Of a stretch of 64,000 nt of DNA, positions 1 to 8,882 are shown one piece after another (within the stretch, counting starts at the first letter, position 1; every line of letters starts with the position of its first letter). Source of the DNA: Gemmatimonadota bacterium (GTDB taxonomy: Bacteria > Gemmatimonadota > Gemmatimonadetes > Palauibacterales > Palauibacteraceae); NCBI GenBank assembly GCA_039587445.1, contig JBDHIM010000002.1:14456-78455 (forward strand). The letters are read 5' to 3'. The position numbers and the translations under genes are program-made. A model generated the notes under the pieces. That model did not search any database. It was not told where the DNA came from and saw only the letters and a list, made by a program, of their open reading frames with translations.

Positions 1-417
1 CTGACGCACGTGGCCCTCGAGGTGACCGACCCGGACCGGAGCATCGAGTTCTACGCCAGGTACGCGAAGATGGAGGTCGTGCACCGCCGCGCCCAAACGA
101 CGAACCCCGAGATGGAGATCGCCTGGCTGAGCGATCGCACGAGGCCGTTCGTTGTCGTCCTGATGGAGGCCAGCCGCGTGGACCGGCCGCTCGGCCCCTT
201 CGCCCACCTGGGCGTCGCGTGTTCGACCCGCGCGGAGCTCGAGAAACGGTGCGCTCTCGCCTCCGCGGAGGGGCGTCTGCGTGAGCCGCTGCGGGAGACG
301 GGCGGCCCTGCCGGGTGCCTCGCCATGCTCTCCGACCCCGACGGTCACACGCTGGAGCTTTCCTACGGGCAGGAGGTCGGCATCGCCGTCGAGTCACGCA
401 ACGAGGGAGACGCGTGA
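1..417 (+). CDS. VOC-family (glyoxalase/bleomycin-resistance/dioxygenase fold) protein; 5' end probably lies outside the window
   Basis: ORF track 10..417. The frame stays open back to base 1 (LTH-VALEVTDPDRSIEFY...). The H-V-x-L-x-V-x-D...FY start and the ...DPDGHTLEL end are typical of the VOC fold. The stop overlaps the next start (GTGA at 414-417). Confidence 0.6.
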   Translation: MTHVALEVTDPDRSIEFYARYAKMEVVHRRAQTTNPEMEIAWLSDRTRPFVVVLMEASRVDRPLGPFAHLGVACSTRAELEKRCALASAEGRLREPLRETGGPAGCLAMLSDPDGHTLELSYGQEVGIAVESRNEGDA

Positions 418-905
418 AGATCCGCAAGCTCGAGTCCGCCGACTGGGAAGCGGTCAGCGACATCTACGCGGAGGGGATCGCTACCCGGAACGCGACCTTC
501 GAGACAGAAGTCCCGTCGTGGGAGTCCTGGGACAGCGCTCACATCTCGGATTGCCGGTTCGTGGCGGAGGTCGACGGAGCCGTGCGCGGCTGGGCGGCGC
601 TCACCCCGGTCTCGGATCGTTGCGTCTACGGTGGCGTCGCCGAGGTGAGCGTGTACGTGGCGGCGTCCAGCCGGGGTCACGGCCTCGGCTCGGCGCTGCT
701 GATGCAGGCGCTCCGCGCGTCCGAAGACGCCGGTTTCTGGACCCTCCAGGCCGGCCTGTTCGCCGAGAACGCGGGCAGCTTGAGGTTGCATGAGCGGGCC
801 GGTTTTCGGCTCGTAGGCGTCCGGGAAAGGCTGGGCAAGCTGGATGGACGCTGGCGAGACGTGCTGCTCCTGGAACGTCGCAGCGAGCGTGTCGGCGTGG
901 AGTGA
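414..905 (+). CDS. GNAT acetyltransferase, phosphinothricin-acetyltransferase-like
   Basis: In-frame GTG at 414 inside track ORF 315..905, overlapping the upstream stop. The sequence KIRKLESADWEAVSDIYAEGIATRNATFETEVPSWESW ... RGHGLGSALL ... NAGSLRLHERAGF matches the PAT/GNAT pattern. Confidence 0.75.
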   Translation: MKIRKLESADWEAVSDIYAEGIATRNATFETEVPSWESWDSAHISDCRFVAEVDGAVRGWAALTPVSDRCVYGGVAEVSVYVAASSRGHGLGSALLMQALRASEDAGFWTLQAGLFAENAGSLRLHERAGFRLVGVRERLGKLDGRWRDVLLLERRSERVGVE

Positions 906-1579
906 TGCCCTCTTCGCCGAAGAGAACCAACCCGGCCGGGATCTCGGCACGTAGAAAATGGCTCGGCCGAGCCGTTTGGCTCGCGGTCGCCACCGTCGCC
1001 TACAACCTCGTCGAAGCCGGCGTCGCCCTCTACGCGGGGGTGCAGGCCGGCAGCATCGCCCTTGTCGGCTTCGGTCTGGACAGCGTGATCGAGCTCGCAG
1101 CGGCTGCCGTCGTACTCTGGCGCCTCCGGCTGGAGCTGCGCGGCGTCGAGGGTGACCGGGTGCGGAGCGTGGAGGCCGGCGTGACCCGCTTCGTGGGCGT
1201 CACGCTTCTCGCCCTCGCCGCCTACGTTGTCATCCAGTCGGTCTGGATCCTCTGGACCCGCCAAGCTCCCCAGGAGAGCTGGCTGGGCGTGGTGCTCGCG
1301 ATCCTCTCGCTCCTGATCATGCCTCTGTTGGGGATCGGCAAGCTACGGGCCGCCGACGCGATCGGGAGTCGTGCGCTCCGACAAGAGGCCAAGGAGACGC
1401 TCGCTTGCGCGTACCTCTCATTCGCGCTGCTACTGGGCCTCGGTGCGAACGCGCTCGCCGGCTGGTGGTGGGCGGATCCCGCCGCGGCGCTGCTCATGGT
1501 TCCATGGCTCCTGCGCGAGGGACTGGAGGCGTTCGAAGGCGTGGAGGATGAGGAGGACGAGGGAGGCCCGTCGCGATGA
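902..1579 (+). CDS. Cation-efflux (CDF-like) membrane protein, transmembrane domain only
   Basis: 225-aa ORF with multiple hydrophobic helices. The N-terminal region AYNLVEAGVALYAGVQAGSIALVGFGLDSVIE resembles CDF TM1-2 with Asp/Glu metal ligands. Its start overlaps the PAT stop. Confidence 0.5.
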   Translation: MMPSSPKRTNPAGISARRKWLGRAVWLAVATVAYNLVEAGVALYAGVQAGSIALVGFGLDSVIELAAAAVVLWRLRLELRGVEGDRVRSVEAGVTRFVGVTLLALAAYVVIQSVWILWTRQAPQESWLGVVLAILSLLIMPLLGIGKLRAADAIGSRALRQEAKETLACAYLSFALLLGLGANALAGWWWADPAAALLMVPWLLREGLEAFEGVEDEEDEGGPSR

Positions 1580-2202
1580 CCGAGACGCCCGAGCCAAACC
1601 ACTCGGCGGAGGAGCTGCTGCCCGAGATCCTCACTCGGCGTCTGATGCTTCGAGCATTCCGCATGGACGATGCGCCACGCGTACGGGCGCTGGCCGGCGA
1701 GCGCGAGATCGCGGCGAACACGACCCATATCCCGCACCCGTACGAGGAGGGGTTGGCGGAGGCATGGATCGGCGCCCAGGCCGAGCGACGATCCAGGGAC
1801 GAGGCCGTCGTCTTCGCGGTGCAGCTCCGGGGAGATCTCGACTCGGGGTCCGATGACACACTTCGGCCGGGAGAGCTGGTTGGAGCGGTAGGCCTGGAGC
1901 TGGATCAGGAGAACCGGCAAGCGGAACTGGGTTACTGGATAGGCAAGCCCTACTGGGGCCGAGGCTTGGCCACGGAGGCCGCTCGCGCCGTTCTCCGTTA
2001 CGGTTTCGAGGACCTACGCCTGAACCGTGTTCACGCTAACCACTTCTTGCACAACGCCTCCTCCGGGCGCGTGCTCGAGAAGATCGGAATGGTGCGCGAG
2101 GGTTGCCGTCGAGAGCATGTGAGGAAGTGGGGTCGATTCTTGGACGTGGTGCTTTATGGCGTGCTGGCCGATGAGGACGGATCGGAGTTGCCGGGTCGCT
2201 GA
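1576..2202 (+). CDS. GNAT N-acetyltransferase (RimJ/RimL-like)
   Basis: ATGA overlap with the upstream gene. The pattern LTRRLMLRAFRMDDAPRV...ELGYWIGKPYWGRGLATEAARAVLRYGFEDLRLNRVHANHFLHNASSGRVLEKIGM is typical of this family. Confidence 0.7.
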   Translation: MTETPEPNHSAEELLPEILTRRLMLRAFRMDDAPRVRALAGEREIAANTTHIPHPYEEGLAEAWIGAQAERRSRDEAVVFAVQLRGDLDSGSDDTLRPGELVGAVGLELDQENRQAELGYWIGKPYWGRGLATEAARAVLRYGFEDLRLNRVHANHFLHNASSGRVLEKIGMVREGCRREHVRKWGRFLDVVLYGVLADEDGSELPGR

Positions 2203-2241
2203 CGTCGGTGGAACTGCGGCAGCGCCGAGGCGCCGGTCGAT

Positions 2242-2583
2242 CTACCCTTCGAAGCGGGGGTAATGACCCAGGTCGTACGCGCGTATCGAGACGACCTCAC
2301 GCGACTGGACTCCGAGCTCGGCCAGGGTCATGGACTCTTCGGGCACCTGCTTCTCGGCGTACTCCACGTAGAAGTCGTCGGGATCGTCCGTATCGCGAAG
2401 CAGCATGGCCTGAAGACCGATCCACTTCGCCTCCGCCAGCGTCGTGGTGGCCGGCAGCTCGGCGACGTGCTCCAGCCAGCGGTCGGGCATGATGAGCCGC
2501 ACCGTGAGCTGAGGGGCCTGGCCGGCTTGCCGGGCCGGTGAGTCGGGCTCTCGGTTCATCGGATCGGATGGGGTGTCGCTCAT
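2242..2583 (-). CDS. Hypothetical protein (113 aa)
   Basis: Track ORF with non-degenerate, acidic composition. Its start lies 1 nt after the stop of the upstream minus-strand ORF, suggesting translational coupling. I recognise no family. Confidence 0.5.
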   Translation of the reverse strand: MSDTPSDPMNREPDSPARQAGQAPQLTVRLIMPDRWLEHVAELPATTTLAEAKWIGLQAMLLRDTDDPDDFYVEYAEKQVPEESMTLAELGVQSREVVSIRAYDLGHYPRFEG

Positions 2584-2584
2584 G

Positions 2585-2830
2585 CTAGACGCCGCTGAGA
2601 GTGTAAAGGAATCGCTTGGTGATGTCGGTCACGTCGAGGCCGACGACCCGGTCGGTGGAGGCGTGGATCGTCGTGTGGCCGTGCTCGCGGCCCACTCGGA
2701 TGGTCGCTGCTCCTATCGCCCCGCGGAAGGTCACGGAGTCGGACGTCTCTTCGCCGACCTTGAGGCGCGTGTGAGCGCCGTAGAAGTCCTTGGCTCGTTG
2801 CAGGACCTCCACGGGCAAAACGGTTGTCAT
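2585..2830 (-). CDS. Hypothetical protein (about 81 aa)
   Basis: Track ORF 2585..2890. I prefer the internal ATG (MTTVLPVEVLQRAKDFYG...) at 2830. It forms a pair with 2242..2583. Confidence 0.45.
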   Translation of the reverse strand: MTTVLPVEVLQRAKDFYGAHTRLKVGEETSDSVTFRGAIGAATIRVGREHGHTTIHASTDRVVGLDVTDITKRFLYTLSGV

Positions 2831-2908
2831 CGCTATGTACCGCATGCAGAAAACCGGCTCCGCTAACGCGTCCGTTCCCGAGCGAACCACGCTCGATGGA
2901 GAGCGGCG

Positions 2909-4321
2909 GTGAAGTTTGCCCGGTCACCTCGCCTCGTCAACCGCGGCGGGTCCCGACGGCGCTCGGGCGCCCTCCTAGAGTCGGTGGCGGTGCTCGTGAT
3001 GGCCGTTGCCATCCTTGCCTTCGCCACCCTCGCGGCCGCCAGGGGCGTGCAGCCGTTTTTCGGCTGGTACTACCACTGGGCCTGGTACCCGACCCTGGTT
3101 GCGCTCGGCGCCGGCTACGCGGCCATCACGGGTAGATGGCCGGCGTCGGCGCGCCTCGCCATCAGCCTTCTGTTCTGGTCGGCGTCCCTCTGGTTCTTCT
3201 TCGAGCTGGTGAATTTTCGGCTTGCCAACTGGTACTACGTGTTCGCAGCCGAGGGCCGCCCGGCGAGGATGCTCGGCGCCTTCACGGCCTTCGCCACCGT
3301 CCTCCCGGCGATCTACCTCTCCTACCGCTGGGCCCAGCGACTGGGCGTCGCCAGAGGTTGGGCGGGTCCCGCGCTGCCCCTGAGCCGGCACTCCGCCGCG
3401 CTCGTCGGCGCGGGATTCACGCTCCTCGTCCTGGCGCTTTGGCAGCCGCGTCTCTTCTTCCCGCTCGTCTGGGGGTTCCTGACCCTCGTCCTTGAGCCGT
3501 GGAACTACCGTCAAGCGCCCGAGCGGTCGCTGCTGGCCGACCTCGAGCACGGCCGATATGAGCGGATCGTTCAGGTCCTCGTCGCGGGAGCGGTGGTGGG
3601 GCTGGCGTGGGAGGCGTTCAACTCCCTCGCCGGGGCTCGGTGGATGTACACGGTCCCGGGCCTGGAGGGACACAAGCTGTTCGAGATGCCGCTACCCGGT
3701 TTTCTGGGCTTTCCGGTCTTCGCGCTGGACTGTTTCGTCGTGTATCAAGCGCTCGTCAACGCGGGCTTCGCCGTACCCGGCTGGGGAGTGAGCTTCGAGG
3801 AGGCTCCCCCGGCAGGTTCCGGCACGGGCGTGACAGCTTTGGCTTCCCGCTCCACCGCGACTGCCACCGCCAGGAGTGCCGCCGTGGCGACTGCCCTGGT
3901 GTTCGGAGCCCTCGTCGCCCTGGGCATGGAGCGCTGGACGATCGACTCGACGTATCCCGCGCTGGAGGCGCTGCCTGGCATCACTCCCGGTGAGCTTCGG
4001 AGCCTGCAAGCGGCCGGTGTCCGCAGCGTGGAGACACTCTCTTCGGCCGGGGTCGATCTGCTCTCGGAGCATGGCATGGAGGTCGACCGAGCGACCGACC
4101 TTGTCGCGACTGCGGGCCTGACGGCACTTCGCGGAATGGGAGCGGAGAACGCCGCCGCGCTGAGATCGGCGGGCATGCCGACGGTCTGTGCCCTCGCGCG
4201 GGCGGATGCCGCCACGGTCTCGCGGGCCGTTCGCGCCGTGCGAACCGATCCGAGGGCAGGCAGCCCTCCCCGCGTGAGGGTCTGGATCCGCTCCGCGGCC
4301 CGCACCTGCGCCGCCGACTGA
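2909..4321 (+). CDS. Polytopic membrane protein with a C-terminal tandem helix-hairpin-helix (DUF4332-like) region
   Basis: 470-aa ORF. The N-terminal ~300 aa are Trp/Phe-rich with repeated hydrophobic helices. The C-terminus reads LPGITPGELRSLQAAGVRSVETL...LRGMGAENAAALRSAGMPTVCAL (HhH-like repeats). Confidence 0.6.
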   Translation: MKFARSPRLVNRGGSRRRSGALLESVAVLVMAVAILAFATLAAARGVQPFFGWYYHWAWYPTLVALGAGYAAITGRWPASARLAISLLFWSASLWFFFELVNFRLANWYYVFAAEGRPARMLGAFTAFATVLPAIYLSYRWAQRLGVARGWAGPALPLSRHSAALVGAGFTLLVLALWQPRLFFPLVWGFLTLVLEPWNYRQAPERSLLADLEHGRYERIVQVLVAGAVVGLAWEAFNSLAGARWMYTVPGLEGHKLFEMPLPGFLGFPVFALDCFVVYQALVNAGFAVPGWGVSFEEAPPAGSGTGVTALASRSTATATARSAAVATALVFGALVALGMERWTIDSTYPALEALPGITPGELRSLQAAGVRSVETLSSAGVDLLSEHGMEVDRATDLVATAGLTALRGMGAENAAALRSAGMPTVCALARADAATVSRAVRAVRTDPRAGSPPRVRVWIRSAARTCAAD

Positions 4322-4395
4322 CTCCGGAGATCACGAAGAGCCCCCGGCGCAGCGGCCGGTGAGGGTATCACGCCGACAACGGAGAGGGATACAAA

Positions 4396-5085
4396 ATGCC
4401 CCCGAACGACATGGCGCCCCTGCTCGAGTACTCCGAGGAGCTGTTCGCTCCCGAGACGGAGACACACCGCTGGATCCGCGTCCAGATGGAGGAGCGGGGC
4501 TTCCCGCCGATTCAAATCTCTCCCCTGGAGGGCCGCATCCTGGCCGTTCTTGCCAGGCTCGCGGGAGCCGAGAGGCTGCTGGAGCTGGGCACTCTCGGTG
4601 GGTACTCCGCACTGTGGCTTGTCTCCCTCCTGCCAGCGGAGGCTCGGCTGATCACCGTCGAAGGCGAGCCCCGCCACGCGGCTTTGGCTCGTGAGGCCTT
4701 CGAGCGTGCCGGCGAGAGACGGATCGAGGTTCTGGAGGGAGACGCCCGAAACGTCGTCCAGGAGGACCTTCTCGGTGATCGAAGCCTGGCCGGTTCCTTC
4801 GATCTGATCTTCATCGATGCGGACAAGGGTAATTATCCGTACTATCTGGATGCTGCCTGCAAGCTCCTGAAATCAGGGGGTCTCCTGCTGGGAGACAACG
4901 CGTACTGGGAGGGGAAAGTCGTCGATGCATCCGCCCGGGATGTGGAGACGGAAGCGATCCGACTGTTCAACCGCCGTCTGGCGGAAGATCCACGCTTCGA
5001 GAGCGTTCTTCTACCCGTGCGTGACGGTCTGGCCGTGGCCCGCTTCAGCGGTCCCATGCACCAGCCCGCCTCCGGAGATCAGTGA
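4396..5085 (+). CDS. Class I SAM-dependent O-methyltransferase (caffeoyl-CoA OMT / YrrM-like)
   Basis: LELGTLGGYSALWL (SAM motif I), FDLIFIDADKGNYPYYL and GGLLLGDNAYWEG match the cation-dependent OMT family. Confidence 0.8.
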   Translation: MPPNDMAPLLEYSEELFAPETETHRWIRVQMEERGFPPIQISPLEGRILAVLARLAGAERLLELGTLGGYSALWLVSLLPAEARLITVEGEPRHAALAREAFERAGERRIEVLEGDARNVVQEDLLGDRSLAGSFDLIFIDADKGNYPYYLDAACKLLKSGGLLLGDNAYWEGKVVDASARDVETEAIRLFNRRLAEDPRFESVLLPVRDGLAVARFSGPMHQPASGDQ

Positions 5086-5132
5086 GATGGGCAAGGATCG
5101 AATCGGAATAGCACGATGATCGAGAATCGCAG

Positions 5133-6239
5133 ATGACGCTCGAGTACGGACGTTTCTTCCTCCCTGGCCCGACCGAGGTCCGGCCGGAGACGCTGGCCGC
5201 GATGGCACAGCCGGTCATCGGCCACCGGAGCGAGGAGATCCAGGCTCTGATCGGAGCGGCTCAGCCGGAGCTCAAGCACCTCTTCGGGACCAGGCGGCCG
5301 GTCTACATCTCCACCTCCTCCGCCACGGGCATGATGGAGGCGGCGATCACGAACCTGAGTCGCAAGCGCGTCCTTTGCTTGGTATGCGGAGCGTTCAGCG
5401 GCCGTTTCCACGCCATCTCAGAGGCGACGGGTCGACAGGCGGACCGCCTGGCCGTCGGGTGGGGCGAGCCGAACCTGCCCGAGGATCTGCGCCAGGTGCT
5501 CGAGGCGGATCCGAATCGCTACGACCTCGTGACGGTCGTCCACTCCGAGACCTCAACCGGAACGCTGAACCCGGTGCGCGAGATCGCGGCCGTCGTGGCG
5601 GAATTCGATGGCATCCTGCTGGCGGTGGACACGGTGAGCTCGATGGGCGGAGCTCCGTTGCGGATGGACGATTGGGGCCTCGACTATGTGCTCACCGGCG
5701 CCCAGAAGGCGTTGGCGCTGCCACCCGGGCTCTCCCTAGCCGCAGCTTCGGAACCGGCCCTCGCCCGGGCCGTCGAGATCGAGCACCGCGGCTTCTACTT
5801 CGATCTTCTCAAGTTCGAGAAGAGTCTCGACAGGATGATGACGCCGAACACGCCCGCTGTCTCCCTGATGTTCGCGCTTCGTCATCAGCTCGAGCACATC
5901 CTGGAGGAAGGTCTGGAAGTCCGCTGGCGGCGTCACCAGCAGATGGCGGATCACACGCACCTCTGGGTAGCCAGGCTGGCGGGCGAGACGAGTCGGCATT
6001 TCGAGATCGTCGCTGAGCCCGGCTACCGCTCCCCGACGGTGACGGCGGTGCGGCTGCCGGAACCCGAGGAGATGAGCGGACCCGAGGTCGTGAGTCGGCT
6101 CAGGGAACGAGGCTACATGATCGCAGCCGGATACGGGAAACTGAAGCAAGAGACGATTCGTATCGGCCACATGGGTGACCACACGATGGCGCAACTGGAA
6201 GATCTGCTCGAGGAGCTGGGTAAGGTGTTGATCACGTGA
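5133..6239 (+). CDS. Class-V PLP aminotransferase (serine-glyoxylate / phosphoserine aminotransferase-like)
   Basis: FLPGPTEV..., VHSETSTGTLNP, and TGAQKALALPPGLS (PLP-Lys). Its stop overlaps the serA start (GTGA). Confidence 0.8.
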   Translation: MTLEYGRFFLPGPTEVRPETLAAMAQPVIGHRSEEIQALIGAAQPELKHLFGTRRPVYISTSSATGMMEAAITNLSRKRVLCLVCGAFSGRFHAISEATGRQADRLAVGWGEPNLPEDLRQVLEADPNRYDLVTVVHSETSTGTLNPVREIAAVVAEFDGILLAVDTVSSMGGAPLRMDDWGLDYVLTGAQKALALPPGLSLAAASEPALARAVEIEHRGFYFDLLKFEKSLDRMMTPNTPAVSLMFALRHQLEHILEEGLEVRWRRHQQMADHTHLWVARLAGETSRHFEIVAEPGYRSPTVTAVRLPEPEEMSGPEVVSRLRERGYMIAAGYGKLKQETIRIGHMGDHTMAQLEDLLEELGKVLIT

Positions 6240-7900
6240 ACGATGGCATAGCGCTTAGCGGGTCCGCCGCCGCGACCCGAACGGCGGAGCGAACGGAGAA
6301 AGAGCGGCGGGTCAAGAGGGTGGTGATCGCCGATCCACTCTCGAACGAGGGACTCGCCCTGCTCGGCGCCGCCGTCGAGCTCGAGGTCATAGACGTCTCG
6401 TCCGAGGGAAGGGAGGCGCTCGAGGAGGCCCTCAGGGATGCGGAGGGGCTGATCGTGCGCAGCGGCACGCGGGTCGACGGTCCGCTTCTGGACGTCGCGG
6501 AGCGGCTCGAGGTGATCGGACGGGCCGGCGTCGGGGTGGACAACATCGACATGAGGGCGGCGACGCGTCGTGGGGTGGCCGTCATCAATGCTCCGGGCGG
6601 CAACACGAGCTCGACCGCGGAGCTCGCTTTCGCGCTTCTCCTGGCGGCCGCACGCAGGGTCGCGGAGGCAGACCGCTCCGTGCAAGAGGGTCGCTGGGAC
6701 CGGAAGGCCCTCAGAGGCCGCCAGCTCCAGGGCAACACGCTTGGCGTCATCGGCGCTGGCCGCATCGGCACGGAGGTCGCGCGACGTGCGCACGCATTCG
6801 GCATGCGGATCCTCGCCTACGATCCTTATCTTTCGAGCGAACGGGCCGCCGACGAGCGCATCGAGCGGGTGGAGCTGAGCGAGCTATTGGAGCGAGCTGA
6901 CTTCGTGACGGTGCACGTGCCCCTCACGGAGCAGACGCGAGGAATGATCGGCGTGGCCGAGATCGGCCGGATGAAGCCGTCCGCGATCCTGATCAACGCG
7001 GCGCGCGGGGGGATCGTCGACGAGCGGGCCCTCGCCGTAGCGCTCGAGCAGCGCAAGCTGGGGGGCGCCGCCCTCGATGTGTACGAGACGGAGCCGTTAC
7101 CGGGCGAGCACCCCCTCCGCGGGGCGCCGAACCTCGTGATGACGCCTCATCTGGGCGCCGCCACGATGGAGGCCCAGCGTGAGGTGGCGCTGGAGATCGC
7201 CAAGCGCGTTCGGGATGCACTGGTCGCGGCGGACCTCACCGCGGCGCTCAACGTGCCGCAGATCGACCCGGAGGAACGTGCGCGACTCGAGCCGCTGCTC
7301 GAGCTCGGGCGCCGGCTCGGCGTCGTCCTGTCCGCTCTCACCGACGGGCGTTGCCAGCGTCTGGAGGTTCGCTATGCCGGCTCCATGCGCCGCGTTCTGA
7401 GGCTGCTCGCCGCCGCCTCGCTGGAGGGCTATCTGCGCTCGACGGTGGCCTCGCCGCTGAACCTCGTCAACGCCCTGGCGGTCGCCGACGAACGAAGCAT
7501 CGACGTCGCCCGCGTGCGCCGTCGCCGCATCGCCGACTACGCCAACTACGTGGAGCTAACCGCGACCGGCGGTCCCCGCGAGCAGGTGGTCGGCGGAGCG
7601 CTGCTGGACGAAGGGCATCGGAGGCTCACTCGCGTCGGCCGCTTCCACGTCGACGCCATGCCGCGCGGCAACCTGGTCCTCGTGAAGAACCGGGACATGC
7701 CGGGCGTGATCGGCGAGGTCGGCTCCTGCCTGGGCGAGGCCGAGGTCAACATCGCCGAGTACCACCTCGCCCGCACCGAGGCCGGCGGCGAAGCACTGGG
7801 AGTCATCCGGACCGATGCCCCTCTCTCGAAGGAGCTTCTGGAGGAGCTCTCGGGACTGCCGAGCGTGATCGCCGTCAGGCAGGTCGTTCTGGACCGGTAA
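6236..7900 (+). CDS. serA: D-3-phosphoglycerate dehydrogenase, long form with C-terminal ACT domain
   Basis: NAD motif GVIGAGRIGTEVARRA, catalytic region ARGGIVDE...HLGA, and a C-terminal ASB/ACT-like tail (NRDMPGVIGEVGSCLGEAEVNIAEYHLAR). The true start could be a little downstream of 6236. Confidence 0.9.
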   Translation: MNDGIALSGSAAATRTAERTEKERRVKRVVIADPLSNEGLALLGAAVELEVIDVSSEGREALEEALRDAEGLIVRSGTRVDGPLLDVAERLEVIGRAGVGVDNIDMRAATRRGVAVINAPGGNTSSTAELAFALLLAAARRVAEADRSVQEGRWDRKALRGRQLQGNTLGVIGAGRIGTEVARRAHAFGMRILAYDPYLSSERAADERIERVELSELLERADFVTVHVPLTEQTRGMIGVAEIGRMKPSAILINAARGGIVDERALAVALEQRKLGGAALDVYETEPLPGEHPLRGAPNLVMTPHLGAATMEAQREVALEIAKRVRDALVAADLTAALNVPQIDPEERARLEPLLELGRRLGVVLSALTDGRCQRLEVRYAGSMRRVLRLLAAASLEGYLRSTVASPLNLVNALAVADERSIDVARVRRRRIADYANYVELTATGGPREQVVGGALLDEGHRRLTRVGRFHVDAMPRGNLVLVKNRDMPGVIGEVGSCLGEAEVNIAEYHLARTEAGGEALGVIRTDAPLSKELLEELSGLPSVIAVRQVVLDR

Positions 7901-7915
7901 TCGGGACGGCGGGGA

Positions 7916-8875
7916 TCAGACCCCTGCAGCGATCCCCGTCGGTTCCCGGGAGTCGGTCGTCGCACGCGGCTTCCACGTATCGGCCGCGCCCGCCAGCGGG
8001 AGCGCCAGCAGCTCGGGGTGCAGGAGTCCCCCCAGGATCTCGATCCCGTCAACGATCCGCGGACCCGATCGGTTGAAGTAGGATGATCCGTCCACCACGA
8101 ATGCGCGCCCGCGATCGATCGCACGCGGGGCCACCCTGGCGAGGATCCCCGCGTGCTCCGCGGCATCTCGACGGGTAGCCGCGAGCCCGTAGCCGCACGG
8201 CATGAGGAGGAGCACGTCCGGGTCCGTGTCGGTCAGCTCCTCGGCCGTCGTTTCGACGGATCGCCCCTTCGCCTCGCCCGCCACGCACTCCCCGCCCGCC
8301 AGATCGATCATCTCCGGCACCCAGTGACCCGGTACGAAGAGCGGATCGAGCCACTCCAGCGCCAGGACACGTGGGCGCGGCGCTCCGGCCACGGCCCGGG
8401 TAACCTCGTGAGAGCGTCTCCGCAGATCCCCGACGACGACCTCGGCTCGCTCCGCCGTTCCGGTCGCCTCACCGATCAGCGTCACGCCCTCCAGTATGTC
8501 GCGTATGGAATGGGCATCCAGCGAGAGCACATCCGCTTCGATCTCCGCCTCTCGAGCGGCCTCTCGAGCACTTTCGGTCGGAACGGCGCACACCTCGCAC
8601 ACGGCCTGCGCCAGGATGAGGTGGGGCGAGAGCTCCCGGAGCTGGTCGATGTCGATCTCGTAGAGGTCGCGCCCGGACGCAGCGCCCTCGCGAACCGCCT
8701 GATCGATCGCTCCGCTGCTCTTACCGGAGACATCGAAGGTCGGCTTGCTGATCCGTGGGCGGTCGAGTGCCTCCGGTGGATGGTCGCACTCGTGGGAGAT
8801 GCCGACGAGCTCGTCCTGCAGACCGAGTTCGCAGAGGATCTCGGTCGCAGCGGCGAGGAGAGAAACGATCTTCAT
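7916..8875 (-). CDS. Periplasmic-binding-protein type 2 (BtuF / cobalamin- or siderophore-binding-like) protein with no signal peptide
   Basis: MKIVSLLAAATEILCELGLQDELVGISHECDHP..., DVLLLMPCGY and SSYFNRSGPRIVDGIEIL match the cluster-A helical-backbone PBP fold. There is no N-terminal hydrophobic leader. It starts 7 nt after the stop of the upstream fusion gene. Confidence 0.65.
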   Translation of the reverse strand: MKIVSLLAAATEILCELGLQDELVGISHECDHPPEALDRPRISKPTFDVSGKSSGAIDQAVREGAASGRDLYEIDIDQLRELSPHLILAQAVCEVCAVPTESAREAAREAEIEADVLSLDAHSIRDILEGVTLIGEATGTAERAEVVVGDLRRRSHEVTRAVAGAPRPRVLALEWLDPLFVPGHWVPEMIDLAGGECVAGEAKGRSVETTAEELTDTDPDVLLLMPCGYGLAATRRDAAEHAGILARVAPRAIDRGRAFVVDGSSYFNRSGPRIVDGIEILGGLLHPELLALPLAGAADTWKPRATTDSREPTGIAAGV

Positions 8876-8882
8876 GCCAGGC

